Assembly: GCA_951406725.2 (NCBI GenBank)
Contig: OX597831.1
Coordinates: 12,028,001 to 12,092,000 of the forward strand
DNA length: 64,000 nucleotides
Reading direction: 5' to 3'
DNA from: Octopus vulgaris
Lineage: Eukaryota
Positions 13,166 through 25,649 of the stretch are shown one piece after another. The notes under the pieces are model-generated. The model did no database searches, had not been told where the DNA came from, and worked only from the letters and a program-made list of their open reading frames with translations. Within the stretch, counting starts at the first letter, position 1. Every line of letters begins with the position of its first letter. Made by a program: the position numbers and the translations under genes.

Positions 13166-13554
13166 GTTAAAAGACAGGATGGTCACAGCTGGAATTCTTT
13201 TGATCTTAGATCTGGTCACACAGAGCTAAACAACAACAACAACAAATAACTCTTTTATAAATCAAGAATTATTGTGAAGACAATGTGGAAACTGAAATCA
13301 ATATTTTCAGAGAAGCCAAATTTTAATGAGACTGGACAGATCTATAAATAGAAGTAGACAGTTCTCTCTATATAATCATCATCATCATCATCATCATCAA
13401 TGTTGTCATTGTTTTCATGTCTGCTTTTCCATGCTTGCATGGGTCAGATGAGATCATGTTGGGAACAATGTTTTCTAAGGCCGGGTGCCCTTCGAGATGC
13501 CAACACCCACTTGTTTCCAAGTGAGGTAAGGGTCTCTCAGACTAGCAAACAACG

Positions 13555-13750
13555 GCACCTGTGCTGGTGGCGCGTAAAAAGCACCCACTACACTCACGGA
13601 GTGGTTGGCATTAGGAAGGGCATCTAGCTGTAGAAACACTGCCAGATCAAACTGGAGCCTGGTGCAGCCTTCTGGCTTCCCAGACTCTGGTCAAACCGTC
13701 CAACCCATGCTAGTGTGGAAGACGGACATTAAACGATGATGATGATGATG
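13555..13750 (+). mobile_element. Family C retroposon
   Basis: GGCATTAGGAAGGGCATCTAGCTGTAGAAAC...CAACCCATGCTAGTGTGGAAGACGGACATTAAAC(GAT)n. Confidence 0.85.
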
Positions 13751-14054
13751 AACTGGAAGCAAAAGACACAAGCTTTTCATTGACAAAGATCACACAACAT
13801 GTCAAAACATTTCATGGAACCAGGACATACTTTGGGTGGTGGGCTGCAAGCAAATGACACGGTCAACAAAACTAATCGTTTATGACCAGTGAGTGACCAC
13901 ACAGCAGGACAAGCAAACCCACCCACATTCTTCTTCTTTGGCTCTGTTCTAGGTCAACACTGATTGTTCCTGTTCAGTAATCATGTGTGGGAGGCCTGCG
14001 TGCGGGCCACAAAGCCTGATGTTGATCTGCAGCAGCAACGACATCTACTTACAG

Positions 14055-14210
14055 GTGAAGCAGGGTTTGCCACCATCCCCTGTTGGAGCCTCGTGGAGCT
14101 TTATCTGTTTTCACTCAATAAACACTCACAACGACCAGTCTGGGAATCGAAACCGCGATCCTATGACCGCGAGTCTGCTGCCCTAACCACTGGGCCATTG
14201 TGTCTCCACC
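14055..14210 (-). mobile_element. tRNA-derived SINE head, family D
   Basis: Reverse complement TGGCCCAGTGGTTAGGGCAGC...GGTTTCGATTCCC; near-identical to the head at 33128. Confidence 0.8.
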
Positions 14211-14839
14211 ATTATTACTAATAAATGGTGTCAAAAGAACTCTGATAAATCAGCTGGCTAATAAACTACTCAAACAATTAGTGAAGCAATTAGTTAATTG
14301 GTTCATTAGTTAACTAGTTGAATAATAAGAACTGGTAGATTTTTTAAAATATTTTTTTTTTTGCAGGTGATTTTTGGTTTTAGGTGCATATTACTGTGAG
14401 ATTGAGATTGACACCAAAACACTGGCTTGAAATAATTGCAGTTATTAATTAAGAATCTCGTGAATTCTGTTTTGACTTTCTCTCAAGGGAGGTATGTAGG
14501 TATGAGGTATGTAGTTGTGAGTGTGCGTGCGTGAATGTTTCTGCTTTCTTGCCTTGACATCACATGACAGCTAGAAAAGAAAGCCTCCATCACACAAGGT
14601 GTTCCTTGTTTCCAGTCTTCCACAGGATCAGGTGAGGGTTCACGACAGGAAGGGCATCCGGCTGTAAAAGTCTGCCTCATTGAACGCCATCTGATCCATG
14701 CAAACATGATAAAGTGGAAGTTAAGCTGATACATGTGTGTGTGTGTGTGTGTGCCTCTTTCACCAAAGAATAGTGGTAAACACTGGTAAGACAGCAAATC
14801 AACCAGTGTATTCAAACAGTTACTCACACAACACTTTTT

Positions 14840-15100
14840 ATCATCATCCTCATCGTTTAACGTCCGTTTTCCATGCTAGCATGGGTTGGATGGTTCAACT
14901 GGGGTCTGGGAAGTCCGAAGGCTGCACCAGGCCAGTCAGATCTGGCAGTGTTTCTACAGCTGGATGCCCTTCCTAACGCCAACCACTCTGTGGGTGTAGT
15001 GGGTGCTTTTTATGTGTCACCGACACAGGTGCCAGACAAGGCTGGCGAACAGCCACGCTCGGATGTTGTTACAGTAAACGGCCACGCTCGGATGGTGAAT
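14840..15100 (-). mobile_element. Family C retroposon
   Basis: CATCGTTTAACGTCCGTTTTCCATGCTAGCATGGGTTGG. Further minus-strand copies at 18545-18775, 20858-21175, 43155-43325 and 45985-46125. Confidence 0.85.
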
Positions 15101-15199
15101 ACAGTAAACCTGCAATTGGTTTGTTGAAAATTTATAAACCTTTCGTGGTTGTTCATAAAATGATAAAAACAGAAATTATGAAGTTTAGTTCGCAACTAT

Positions 15200-15335
15200 C
15201 ATTTGGCTTCCCAACCACATGGTTCTGGATTAAGTCCCACTGCATGGCACCTTAGGTGAGTGTCTTTTACTAAAGCCTCAAGTTGACTAAAGTCTTGTGA
15301 ATGGATTGAGTAGGTGGAAACTGAAAGAAGCTTGT

Positions 15336-15384
<49 letters not shown>

Positions 15385-15600
15385 ATTTTTGTGTCTGTGT
15401 TTGTCCCTTGCCACCGCTTGACAACTGGTGTTGGTTTGTTTTCATCCATGTAACTTAGTGGTTTGGCAAAAGAGACCAAATGAATAAGTACCAGGCTTTA
15501 AAAATAAAAGCACTGCAGTCAATTTATTTGACTAAAATTCCTTCAAGGTCATGCTCCAGTATGGCCGCAGTCTAATGACTGAAACACGTAAACGATAAAA
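15200..15600 (+). mobile_element. SINE family B
   Basis: Body and tail match the 40287 copy. Confidence 0.85.
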
Positions 15601-15899
15601 GGCAATAAGATGACATGGCATCTTGAGCAAGTTTGTTCTTCCACACTCTTGGGTTGAACAATAGATTATGAGGGAATCTAGGAGGTGGAAACTGTATGGA
15701 AGCCCACTGTGTGTGTGCTTTCACCTCTCTCTCTATCTGACATCCGGCATTGGTTTATTTATGTCCCAGTAATGTAATAGGTCAGCATGAAAAAGTGAGA
15801 TACTAACTGATTAAGTACCAGTGTTTTTTTTTAAATGCTGGGGGTGATTTGATTGATTAAGCACTTTAAGGGGGTGCTACAGCTAGGCCAGAAGACTGT

Positions 15900-16560
15900 A
15901 CTAGACTGGTTCTGATTTCAGAAGACGGAAAACAAAGTTGACCTTAGCTGGATTTGAACTCACAATGCATACAGCTATGGCTAAATACTGATTTCAAATT
16001 TTAGCACAATGCCAGCAAGTTCAGGGCAGAGGGGGATAAGTCAATTGCATCAACCCCAGTACACAACTGGTACTTATTTTATCAAACCTGAAAGGCATGA
16101 AAGACAGCTATAACTAAATATTCTTTTCTACTCTAGGCATAAGGCCTGAAATTTTTGGGGAGGGAGCCAGTCGATTAGATTGATCCCAGTATGCAACTGG
16201 CATTTAATTTACCAACCCCAAAAGGATGAAAGGTAAAGTCGACCTTGGTGGAATTTGAACTCAGAACATAAAGACAAGCAAAGTACCTCTAAGCATTTCG
16301 TCCGGCATGCTAACGCATCTGCCAGCTTGCTGCATTTAAAATATTCTTTCCTACTCTAGGCACAAGGCCTGAAATTTTTTGGGAGCGGGCCAGTCAATTA
16401 GACCGACCCCAGTATGCAACTGGTACTTAATTTATTGATCCTGAAAGGATGAAAGGTAAAGTCGACCATGGCAGAATTTGAACTCAGAATGTAAAGACAG
16501 GTGAAATACCTCTAAGGATTTTGCCCGGCATGCTAACGATTCTGTCAGCTAGCCACCTTT
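15900..16560 (-). mobile_element. Tandem SINE family A copies
   Basis: Two near-identical units (16123-16337, 16340-16560) plus partial copies. Confidence 0.9.
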
Positions 16561-16820
16561 GCTATAAGTAAATATTACAAACCATTTTGTTCAATGCTTT
16601 GATGAAGCAGCCAACCCATTGCCATAGCAACACCAACAACAAATGCTTAGAAGCCAATTGCAAGCAAACATGATCTGGTAGTGGCATGGGGCATAATTCG
16701 ACAAAGGTTTTAAGTAGCAATGTAGTAGGGAGGAGACATAGGTAGCCCCTCAGCCCTTTCATATTTGACCTGGTAAAATACTGAAGGTGTGACAGCTAAA
16801 GGGAGAGGGAGGGAGAGAAA

Positions 16821-16852
<32 letters not shown>

Positions 16853-17099
16853 TGGGGCTGCATCAGGAGTTGGCCGAGGAAACTGGAGCAACTCAAAATG
16901 CAAAATGATGGTCCTTGCTCAGGGACACAATACATTGCACAGTCCTCAAATTGAACCTTATGATCACGTGCTAAACATCCTTAACACTAGGCTTCTCACC
17001 TTCACATAAAGGCACAGCAACAACAACCACAACAACATCATTTACGTTATTTACATTATTTATATTTGATGGATATTTGTCCTCATTTTGTTTGTTGTT

Positions 17100-17145
17100 A
17101 ACACAACGTTTCGGCTGATATACCCTCCAGCCTTCATCAGGTGTC
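17100..17145 (-). ncRNA. Minimal type I hammerhead ribozyme motif
   Basis: GACAC-CUGAUGA-A-GGCUG(10 nt)CAGCC-GAAAC-GUU-GUGUU: 5-bp helix I, 5-bp helix II, palindromic AACGUU in place of helix III. Confidence 0.75.
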
Positions 17146-17292
17146 TTGGGGAAATTTCGAACCTGGGTTCTCATTTTGATGTTGTTGCTGTTATTATTAC
17201 TATTATTATTACTATTAAAATGGCGGTGCCCCAGCATGGCCACAGCTCATTAGCTGAAACTGGAAAAATCAAAATCAAAATCAAAATTATTA

Positions 17293-17334
<42 letters not shown>

Positions 17335-17556
17335 TCACTGCCTGGAATCAAACTCGGAATCTATGGGTTAGTAGCCTGTGCTCTTAACCACTACGCCATA
17401 TGCTACTAACCCAAGTTTCTGAGTTCGATTCCAGGCAGTGACCTGAATAATAATAATAATAATAATTATAATAATAATAATAATAATATTAATAATAACA
17501 GCAGCAACATCAAAAAATACCTTACGAATGAGAAATGAGGTTCGAACTTTCCCCAT

Positions 17557-17602
17557 GACACCTGATGAAAGCTGGAGGGTATATCAGCCGAAAAGTTGTG
17601 TT
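17557..17602 (+). ncRNA. Minimal hammerhead motif, mutated copy
   Basis: GACAC-CUGAUGA-AAGCUG...CAGCC-GAAAA-GUU-GUGUU; two substitutions relative to the minus copy. Confidence 0.6.
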
Positions 17603-18087
17603 AACAACAACAAAGATGAGGACAAATATCCGTCAAATGTAAATAATGTACATAATTCCTCATCTCTTAAATATAGAACTGTATTAGCCACAACAGCAAC
17701 AATAATTAATGAATGCATGAATTAATTGTTAATTTGCTCAATGAAAACTGATATTAGGTGTTAGAAGCAATAATTTTAAACAGAAAACAGCAACTGACCC
17801 ACTGATAGGACTTGATTTATTGGGTTATTTTTCATGCCAAATATTGAATTAATATGGCTGTTGGTCGACAAATCATATAATATTTATATATGTAGAATAA
17901 ATTTATCCTGTGCACATTGACAAAACAATTATCCTGTAGAAATAAAGTAGCATACTTAGATGGGGGGGGGGGAGCAAATAACAGGTATTCTCTAGTGTAA
18001 TCAGTTATGTGGTCACAAACAACCAAAAGAAAACTAGGTGGGTCTGTCATCTATTAATTTCTGTTTAAAATTAATGCTTGCAATATC

Positions 18088-18124
<37 letters not shown>

Positions 18125-18520
18125 CATTTGTATTATACGTACAAGGCCTGAAAGTTTTAGGGTGGGGGCCAGTTGATTAGACCGACCCCAGTACGCAACT
18201 GGTATTTAATTCTTCATCCCCAAAAGGATGAAAGACAAAGTTGACCTCGGCAGAATTTGAACTCAGAATGTTGTGGCAGATGAAATGCCTATTTCTTCAT
18301 TACCCACAAGGGGCTAAACACAGGGAACAAACACGGACAGACAAACGGATTAAGTCGATTACATCGACCCAAGTGCACAACTGGTACTTAATATATCGTC
18401 CCCGAAAGGATGAAAGGCAAAGTCGACCTCGGCAGAATTTGAACTCAAAACGCAACGGCAGATGAAATACAGATACGCATTTTGCCCGGCGTGCTAACAT
18501 TTCTGCCAACTAGCCACCTT
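18125..18520 (-). mobile_element. Two fused SINE family A copies between (AAT)n tracts
   Basis: Repeated AAGGATGAAAG(A/G)CAAAGT...GAATTTGAACTC. Confidence 0.85.
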
Positions 18521-19242
18521 AATGATAATAATAATAATAATAATCATCATCATCATCGTTTAACATCCGTTTTCCGTGCTAGCACGGGTTGGACGGTTCG
18601 ACCGAGGTCTGGGAAGCCAGGGCTGCACCAGGCTCTAGTCTGATCTGGCAGTGTTTCTACAGCTGGATGCCCTTCCTAACGCCAACCACTCCGTGAGTGT
18701 AGTGGGTGCTTTTTACGTGCCACCTGCACAGGTGCCAGGGGGGTCTGGCATCGGCCATGATCGGCTGGTGCTTTTAATAATAATCCTTTAAGATAAAAGA
18801 TGGGCTACGGCCAATATTCTGCCCAATACCACAGGTTTGCTTCACTGCAACTAGTTGAGCATGTCTCTTAATGGCTGATGATATGTGCATTTCATGAACA
18901 GAAGTTGTGGGGAAGCATCATAGCCATGAGTTGAGAGGAATTCTTTGGGGTTTGAATAACAATTGGGGTGTTTCATTCATCATCCTTAAGCAAACCTTAT
19001 TCAGAGGCCTTTTGAGCGGGATGGGCGACTCAAACTGAAGAAAATTGTAACAGGGCCCTATCTGCAAGGTCATGCACTGTTTATCATGATATGAGATCAC
19101 CATGTCACGCACATGTGGTTGGGATGTATGTGCCTGGTGTACCCTTATCAGACGGGTAGTCATAATGGGTATACTGGGCTTTGTATATTTACCCCAGTGT
19201 CACTTTGATGGCATGAACTGCTCTCTCTCTCTCTCTCTCAAT

Positions 19243-19868
19243 AATCCTTTCTACTATAGGCACAAGGCCTGAAATTGGCGAGGGGGTAGTTGATTACTTC
19301 AACCCTGGTACTCAACCGGTACTTATTTCATCGCCCCAAAAAGATAAAAGGCAAAAATCAACCATGGCAGGATTTGAATTCAAAACACAAAGATGGATGA
19401 AACATTGCTAAGCATTTGATGGTTTCAAATTTTGGCACAAGGCCAGTAATTTTGGAGGTGGGCTTTAAGTTGATATCATTGCTCAGCAAGTACTTATTTA
19501 TCAACCCCACTAAAAAAATGAAAGGCAAAGTCGAGATTTTGGAAGAATTTGAACTCAGAATGTTAAGACAGATGAAATGCTGATAAGCGCTTTACCTGGC
19601 ATACTAAAGATTTTGCCAAATTACCATTTTGATAACTATAATGGTTTCAAATTTTGGCACAAGGCCAGCAATTTCTTTTTGGTGTTGGGTGGAGGGGAAG
19701 TTGATTTCATTGACCCCCCAGTGCACAGCTGCTACTAAGTTTATTGACCCTGAAAGGATGAAATTCAAAATCAACCTTGGTGGGATTTGAACTCAGAACG
19801 TAAAGACAGACAGAATGTGCTAAACAGTTTGCTTGACATGCTAATGGTTCTGCCAGCTCCCTGCCTTA
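19243..19868 (-). mobile_element. Three tandem SINE family A copies
   Basis: Three units, each running GGCACAAGGCC...AAAG...GA(A)TTTGAA(C/T)TCA. Confidence 0.85.
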
Positions 19869-20164
19869 ATAATGAAGGGTTTTCCCCATTGAAGACAATG
19901 AATGGGAGTTCAGCTTTTACCGAATGACCTGCACAAATCATTTGTTTATAGGGATCGAATGCATGTGATGTACAATCGACGTTACCTGAACAGGTGCACT
20001 GTGTACCACATGCCAGGTGTGAAAGTGAGTGATCATAGGGCAATGTGAGATGAAGTGCTTTGCCTAGAAATGCAACACACCACACCGCCCAGTCGAGGAA
20101 TTGAAACCACGATCTCACAATTGTGAGTGCAACACCTTAACCACTAGGCCATGCATCGTCACAC

Positions 20165-20362
20165 TCTTTTATTCTTGTTTGTTTCAGTCATTTGACTGTG
20201 GCCATGCTGGAGCACCACCTTTAGTCGAGCAAATCGAATCCAGGACTTATTCTTTGTAAGCCTAGTACTTATTCTATCGGTCTCTTGCCAAACTGCTAAG
20301 TTACGTAAACGTAAACACACCAGCATTGGTTGTCAAGCAATAGTGGGGAGACAAACACAGAC

Positions 20363-20393
<31 letters not shown>

Positions 20394-20850
20394 AATATTT
20401 AGGGAATATTATTCCAAACTTACAGGGAAAAATTCAATTTAGAAATACTAAATCAAATTTCACAAAATATAATATGTGACACCTTGGTCAAGTGTCTTCT
20501 ATTATAGCCTTGAGCCAACCAAATGAGAAAAAAAACACCTTTTATCAATTCAACAATGAAAACATTAAATCATACCATATAGAAAAAAATTACATCCTAA
20601 AGAAAAAATTAAATATAAGATAAAAACATATTCCAATGATTAAGTAATGAGCAAAAAACGTATATATATATATATTTATATATACAACAGGCTTCTTTCA
20701 ATTTTCGTCTACCAATCCACTCACAAGGCTTTGGTTGGCTCAAGGCAATAATAGAAGACACTTGACCAAGGTGTCACACAGTGGGACTGAACCTGGAACC
20801 ATGTGGTTGGTAAGGAAGCTACGTACCACACAGCCACTTCTGCACCTAAT
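20165..20850 (-). mobile_element. SINE family B with a ~290-bp insertion in its microsatellite
   Basis: Tail at 20165-20365, head at 20685-20850; the insert carries an opposite-orientation family B fragment (20475-20523). Confidence 0.8.
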
Positions 20851-21214
20851 AATAATAATCATCATCGTTTAACATCCGTTTTTCATGCTGGCATGGGTTG
20901 GACAGTTTGACTGGGAACTGGCAAGCCAGGAGGCTGAACCAGGCTCCAATCTGATCTGGTTGCCCTTCCTAACATCAACTACTCCGAGTGTGTAGTGAGT
21001 GCTTTTTATGTGACACCAGCATTGGAGCCAGTCAGGCAGGCCTGGCATCGATCAGGTTCAAATAGTGCTCTTTACGTGGCCACTGGCAGAAGAGGCAGTC
21101 GGGGTGGGGGTGGGGGGCTGGCATGAACCACATAGTCGGGGTGCGGGAGAGGGGCTGGCTAGCATCGACCACTTAATAACATTAATAATAAAATTCATTT
21201 AAGATAAATCAAAT

Positions 21215-21620
21215 AGGTGTAGGAGTGGCTGTGTGGTAAGTAGCTTGCTTACGAGCCACATGGTTCCGGGTTCAGTCCCACTGCGTGGCACCTTGGGCAA
21301 GTGTCTTCTACTATAGCCCCAGGCCAACCAAAGCCTTGTGAGTGGATTTGGTAGACAGAAACTGAAAGAAGCCCTTCATATATATGTATATATATGTGAA
21401 TGTGTGTGAGTGTGTCAGTGTTTACCTTCCCCCCCAACATTGTTTGACATGCGATGCTGGTTTGTTTACATCCCCGTAAATTAGCGGTTCAGCAAAAAGT
21501 GACCGATAGAATAAGTGCTAAGTTTACAAAGAATAAGTCCCGGGGGGCAATTTGCTCGACTAAAAGGTGGTGCTCCAGCATGGCCGCAGTCAAATGACTG
21601 AAACAAGTGAAAGTGAAAGA
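21215..21620 (+). mobile_element. SINE family B, full length
   Basis: GGAGTGGCTGTGTGGTAAG...GGGTTCAGTCCC...ACCTTGGGCAAGTGTCTT (CORE-like), then tail. Confidence 0.9.
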
Positions 21621-21624
21621 AAAA

Positions 21625-21708
21625 TAAACAACAACCAAAAAGACAAAAAAAAACAAAAATGAAATACAAAAGAATTCTTGCAATTCTAGCTTGTTGTGTA
21701 AATTTATT
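21625..21708 (-). terminator. Candidate polyadenylation site
   Basis: AATAAA at 21708-21703 (-), followed ~25 nt later by a long U/GU-rich tract (TTTTGTATTTCATTTTTGTTTTTTTTTGTCTTTTTGGTTGTTG). Confidence 0.45.
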
Positions 21709-22339
21709 GGGTGAAAATAATTACAACCATCAACGGTCAATACAAGTTATAAATATTCAAAGAAAAAAAAATAACAACAACAACAAACCCACAAAGGCAG
21801 GTATTTCTGGTGGAATGTTGTAACAGTAACTCTGACATGGTCAGTACAGTGCTGGTCAATGCTTTGTGTCTTTTTTTTTTTTTGAGTTTTCTTTTTCGCT
21901 TTTTGTCATTTTTTTGCTTTGTTATTTTTCGAAGTTAATTTTTTTTGGTAATGTTTTTTACTTCTTTTTTTTTGTTGTTTTTTTTTTTTAAATTTCACAG
22001 GAAGAATTTATTTACTCCAGTAGGACATGGACATAAATGTGCGCTAGCAGAAGGAAAGGAGGAGTGTTTCAGAGAAAGAGAGAGAGAGAGGAGAGCTGAT
22101 TAAAAATCAGTGAAGGAGGGGAAAAAAAAAATGTCGAAGAAAGTTTTTCTGAAATATTCAAAACTAGAGCAACGCAAAATCAGAATCATAAATCTAATTT
22201 GTTTTTCCTGTCCCTTGTCCTACTTTCTTAGCCAATTTAAGCCATATAAAAATCATCATGATGACACACACCTTTAAAAAAAAATAAAAAGCCAGTGGAT
22301 TCTTTCTATCCTTTGCATTCCAATAATAACAATAATAAT

Positions 22340-23375
22340 AATAGTTTCAAATTTTGGCACAAGGCCAGCAATTTCGTGGGGGAGGGCAAGTCAATTATAT
22401 CGATCCTAGTATTAAACTTGTAATTATATTATCAACCCCTGAAAGGACGAAAGGCAAAAATCGACCTCAGTGGAATTTGAACTCAGAATGTAGAGACAGA
22501 CAAAATGCCGCTAAGCATTTTTGCACAGCATGTTAACGATTCTGTCAACTTGCCACCTTAATAATAATAATAATAACAATGGTTTCAAATTTTGGCACAA
22601 GGCCAGCAGTTTCTAAGGAGGAGGCAATCCACTTGCTCCCTCCCCCGCATACTGACGGTTCTGCTAGCTCTTGCCATTTTTGGCAAAGTTGACCTCAGCG
22701 GAATTCAAACTCAGAACATTCAAGAGAAGTAGGCAAAACATTATTTCGGATTCTTTAACAATTCTGCCAGTTTACCGCCTTAATGATCTCAAATTTTGGA
22801 ACAAGGTTAGGAATTTTAGAGGGAGGGCTTTAGTCAATGTTATCAACCCCAGTATTTTACTGGTATTTTATCTTCTCAAGTCCATAAGGATGAAAGGCAA
22901 GTTGACCTTGTTGAGATTTCACCTCACATCATAAGATGGAACTTAATGCTTATATGGCATTTTATCCAATGATTGAATAATTCTCCCAATCTACTGCCCA
23001 ATGGTAATAATAATAATAATAATAATAACCCTTTCTTCGATAGGCACAAGGTCCAAAATCCCGGGCAAGGGGCTTAGTCAGTTACATCAACTCCAGTGCT
23101 CAACTGGTCCTTATTTTACCAACCCCTGAAGGGATGAAAGGCAAAGTCAACCTTGGTGGAATCTGAACTCAGAATGTAAAGACGGACGAAATGCCACCAA
23201 ACATTAACGATTCTGCCAGCTTGCCTCTCTCTTGGTTTCAAATTTTGGCACAAGGCCAGCAAATTTAGGGGCGGGAGGGGGGTAAGTCGATTGCATTGAC
23301 ACCCCCCACCCGTGCTCAACTGGTACTTATTTTATCGACCCCCAAAAGGAAGAAAGCCAAAGTCGACCTTAGCAG
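22340..23375 (-). mobile_element. Array of about six SINE family A copies or fragments separated by (AAT)n
   Basis: Repeated TTTCAAATTTTGGCACAAGGCCAGCA and AAGGCAAAGTC motifs. Confidence 0.85.
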
Positions 23376-23379
23376 AGTA

Positions 23380-23431
<52 letters not shown>

Positions 23432-23521
23432 TAGTGCATTATAGTGTCAGAATTCATTCAGCATATGTGAAGTGGTGGCACATTTCACTACCTTAATATA
23501 CAAAGAAGACCAATGCTATAT

Positions 23522-23580
<59 letters not shown>

Positions 23581-23799
23581 TATATACACACACATTCATA
23601 TATATAAATGTATATGAATATATTATATACCAGTAACTATTCAGTTATGCCACATTGCTGATGGAAGAAACAAATAAAAACAAGAAGAGATTATAGGAGT
23701 GTTAGTTAATTAGTTGTGATAGAAGCAGTGTGACAGAAGACAATTAAACAAAAGATAATAATAATCAGCATTGATTGGTACAAATAATTGGTTTTAGAT

Positions 23800-23843
23800 T
23801 TGAAAGAAAGAAACAGATGCAAACTGGCATTCTTTTATTTATT
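23800..23843 (-). terminator. Second candidate polyadenylation site
   Basis: Overlapping AATAAATAAA (23843-23834) followed by TGTTTCTTTCTTTC. Confidence 0.3.
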
Positions 23844-24372
23844 GTAGATATAATTTTTGTGTGTGTGTGTGTGTGTATATTTTAAAATTTTTTCTATTTT
23901 CACAAACATTTTTTTTTGGACATTATTATTTTATTTATTTTTTTTTTGAGGTAACGAAAGGTTTCACAAAGTAAAATAAAATATTTGTAAGATCAAATTT
24001 GATTTTGTTTTATAGATACAATTTTTTTTTTTTTTAATATGTAAAAATAAAGATACCAAAGAAAATTGTTAGGAAAAAAAATAAAAAACCCAAACAGGAA
24101 ACTGTGTTAGTTTTTTTTTTTTGCTTTATTTAAAATTTTTTTTGCAAGATATGTAAGTTGGTGATTTAGAGACACAAATCATGAGCTTATCTACATCAAT
24201 TGGTGAAGGCTTGGAGAAGAGGGAGAAGGGGAAGGGGGAAATCACAATATTTTGGTAAATCATTTACAAAGTTATAAAATACAGAGGCCCATATTATTTG
24301 GGGGAGAGGGGTTATAACTAAAAATCAAATTAAATCAAAGTGTATGTGTGTGTGTGAATGCACATTATATAA

Positions 24373-24403
<31 letters not shown>

Positions 24404-25649
24404 CCCACATGCACCTCTGATAGTTGGATGGATTAGAACATTAAAAAAAAATTTTCAGGGGAAATAAAATATTATTATTATTATTATTACCATTATTACT
24501 CTCATTAATATAATTACTGTCATCATTATTATTAATATATATTTATTTCTTTTCAGCATATTGTTAGTTTTGGAAATAAGCTAAAGAAGTGTGAATACAT
24601 TGATTGTAGAACAAGTTCAGTTCGAAAGAACAAAAACCAAAAAAAAAAAAAAGAATAAGAAGGGGAATCACTCATTCAAAATTGTCTTAAAATACTCCAT
24701 TGAACAAAGCAACTAGTCCATACTTTTGGTGAATATGACAACAACATGGGGGTAGGTTTGTTTCAAAAAATATTTTTGAATAGAAGATTCTTTTTATCCA
24801 GTGAGTATCACCGACACAATATTTATGTATTAAAATGGAGTAGTTTTTGGTGAAGCATTGTGTGATATTACGTTAAAGAGACTTGGATACGGCTGGAACA
24901 ATGCAAGAAGATATAAAAGAAACTACAAAAAGCAAAAAAAAAAAAGAAAGTTGTAGTTTTACTGAAGGCAAAACTATAACTTAGATTTGTTTTCTTTTTT
25001 GCAGTTTATTATAAATATTTATATATATATATATGTGTGTGTGTGTGTATACATGTATGTGTATATATATATATATATATATATGAAATTACATGATTGT
25101 ACTGATTATTTTATACTACACACAATAATATTCAGAAAAACTTAGTATAAGAATTTATACATGAATACACACACACACTATATATATATATATATATGTG
25201 CAAAATTATACAGTGTGTATAATATGTGTATATATTTGTTATATGTGTGTGTAAGCAAGAGTACCAGCATTACATGAGTAAAATGAATATGTATACACTT
25301 CTATCTTTGTATGTTTTGAAAAACACACACACACACACACATTTGTTTGCAACATGTATTGAAAACATGACACTGCTCAATTTAATTTTTCCTTAATCCT
25401 CTTTTTTCATAAATGTCCCCTGCATTTCATTTGGAACACTGTTCCTAAATCATGTTCATAAGTTCTTTTAACTTCTCTCAACTTCCCCTCATTTATTCAG
25501 ACACATTATTTCACCCCCCCCCTCTTTTACTTTCCCAATCTCTCCTGCTAACAATGTTACCCTGTTGTCTTTCCATACTTGACCACATTCAACATGTCTA
25601 GACTTTTCTTGAAAGGGGCTGGTACCTTACACATAGTCTAAACCCCTTC

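Larger units (their letters stand above)
17037..17685. mobile_element. Inverted pair of tRNA-headed elements with Penelope-type hammerhead tails
   Basis: Minus copy 17402 to 17037 and plus copy 17401 to ~17685 share a tRNA-like head, an (AAT)n spacer and a ~150-bp tail. Confidence 0.8.

Noticed and set aside
18790-19240. Unclassified repeat-like block with CUGAUAA on the minus strand
   Set aside because: No complete ribozyme core and no second copy in the window.
15900-23400. CRISPR-like repeat-spacer pattern
   Set aside because: The repeats are ~200-bp SINE units in eukaryotic DNA; no short identical repeats with unique spacers, and no cas genes.
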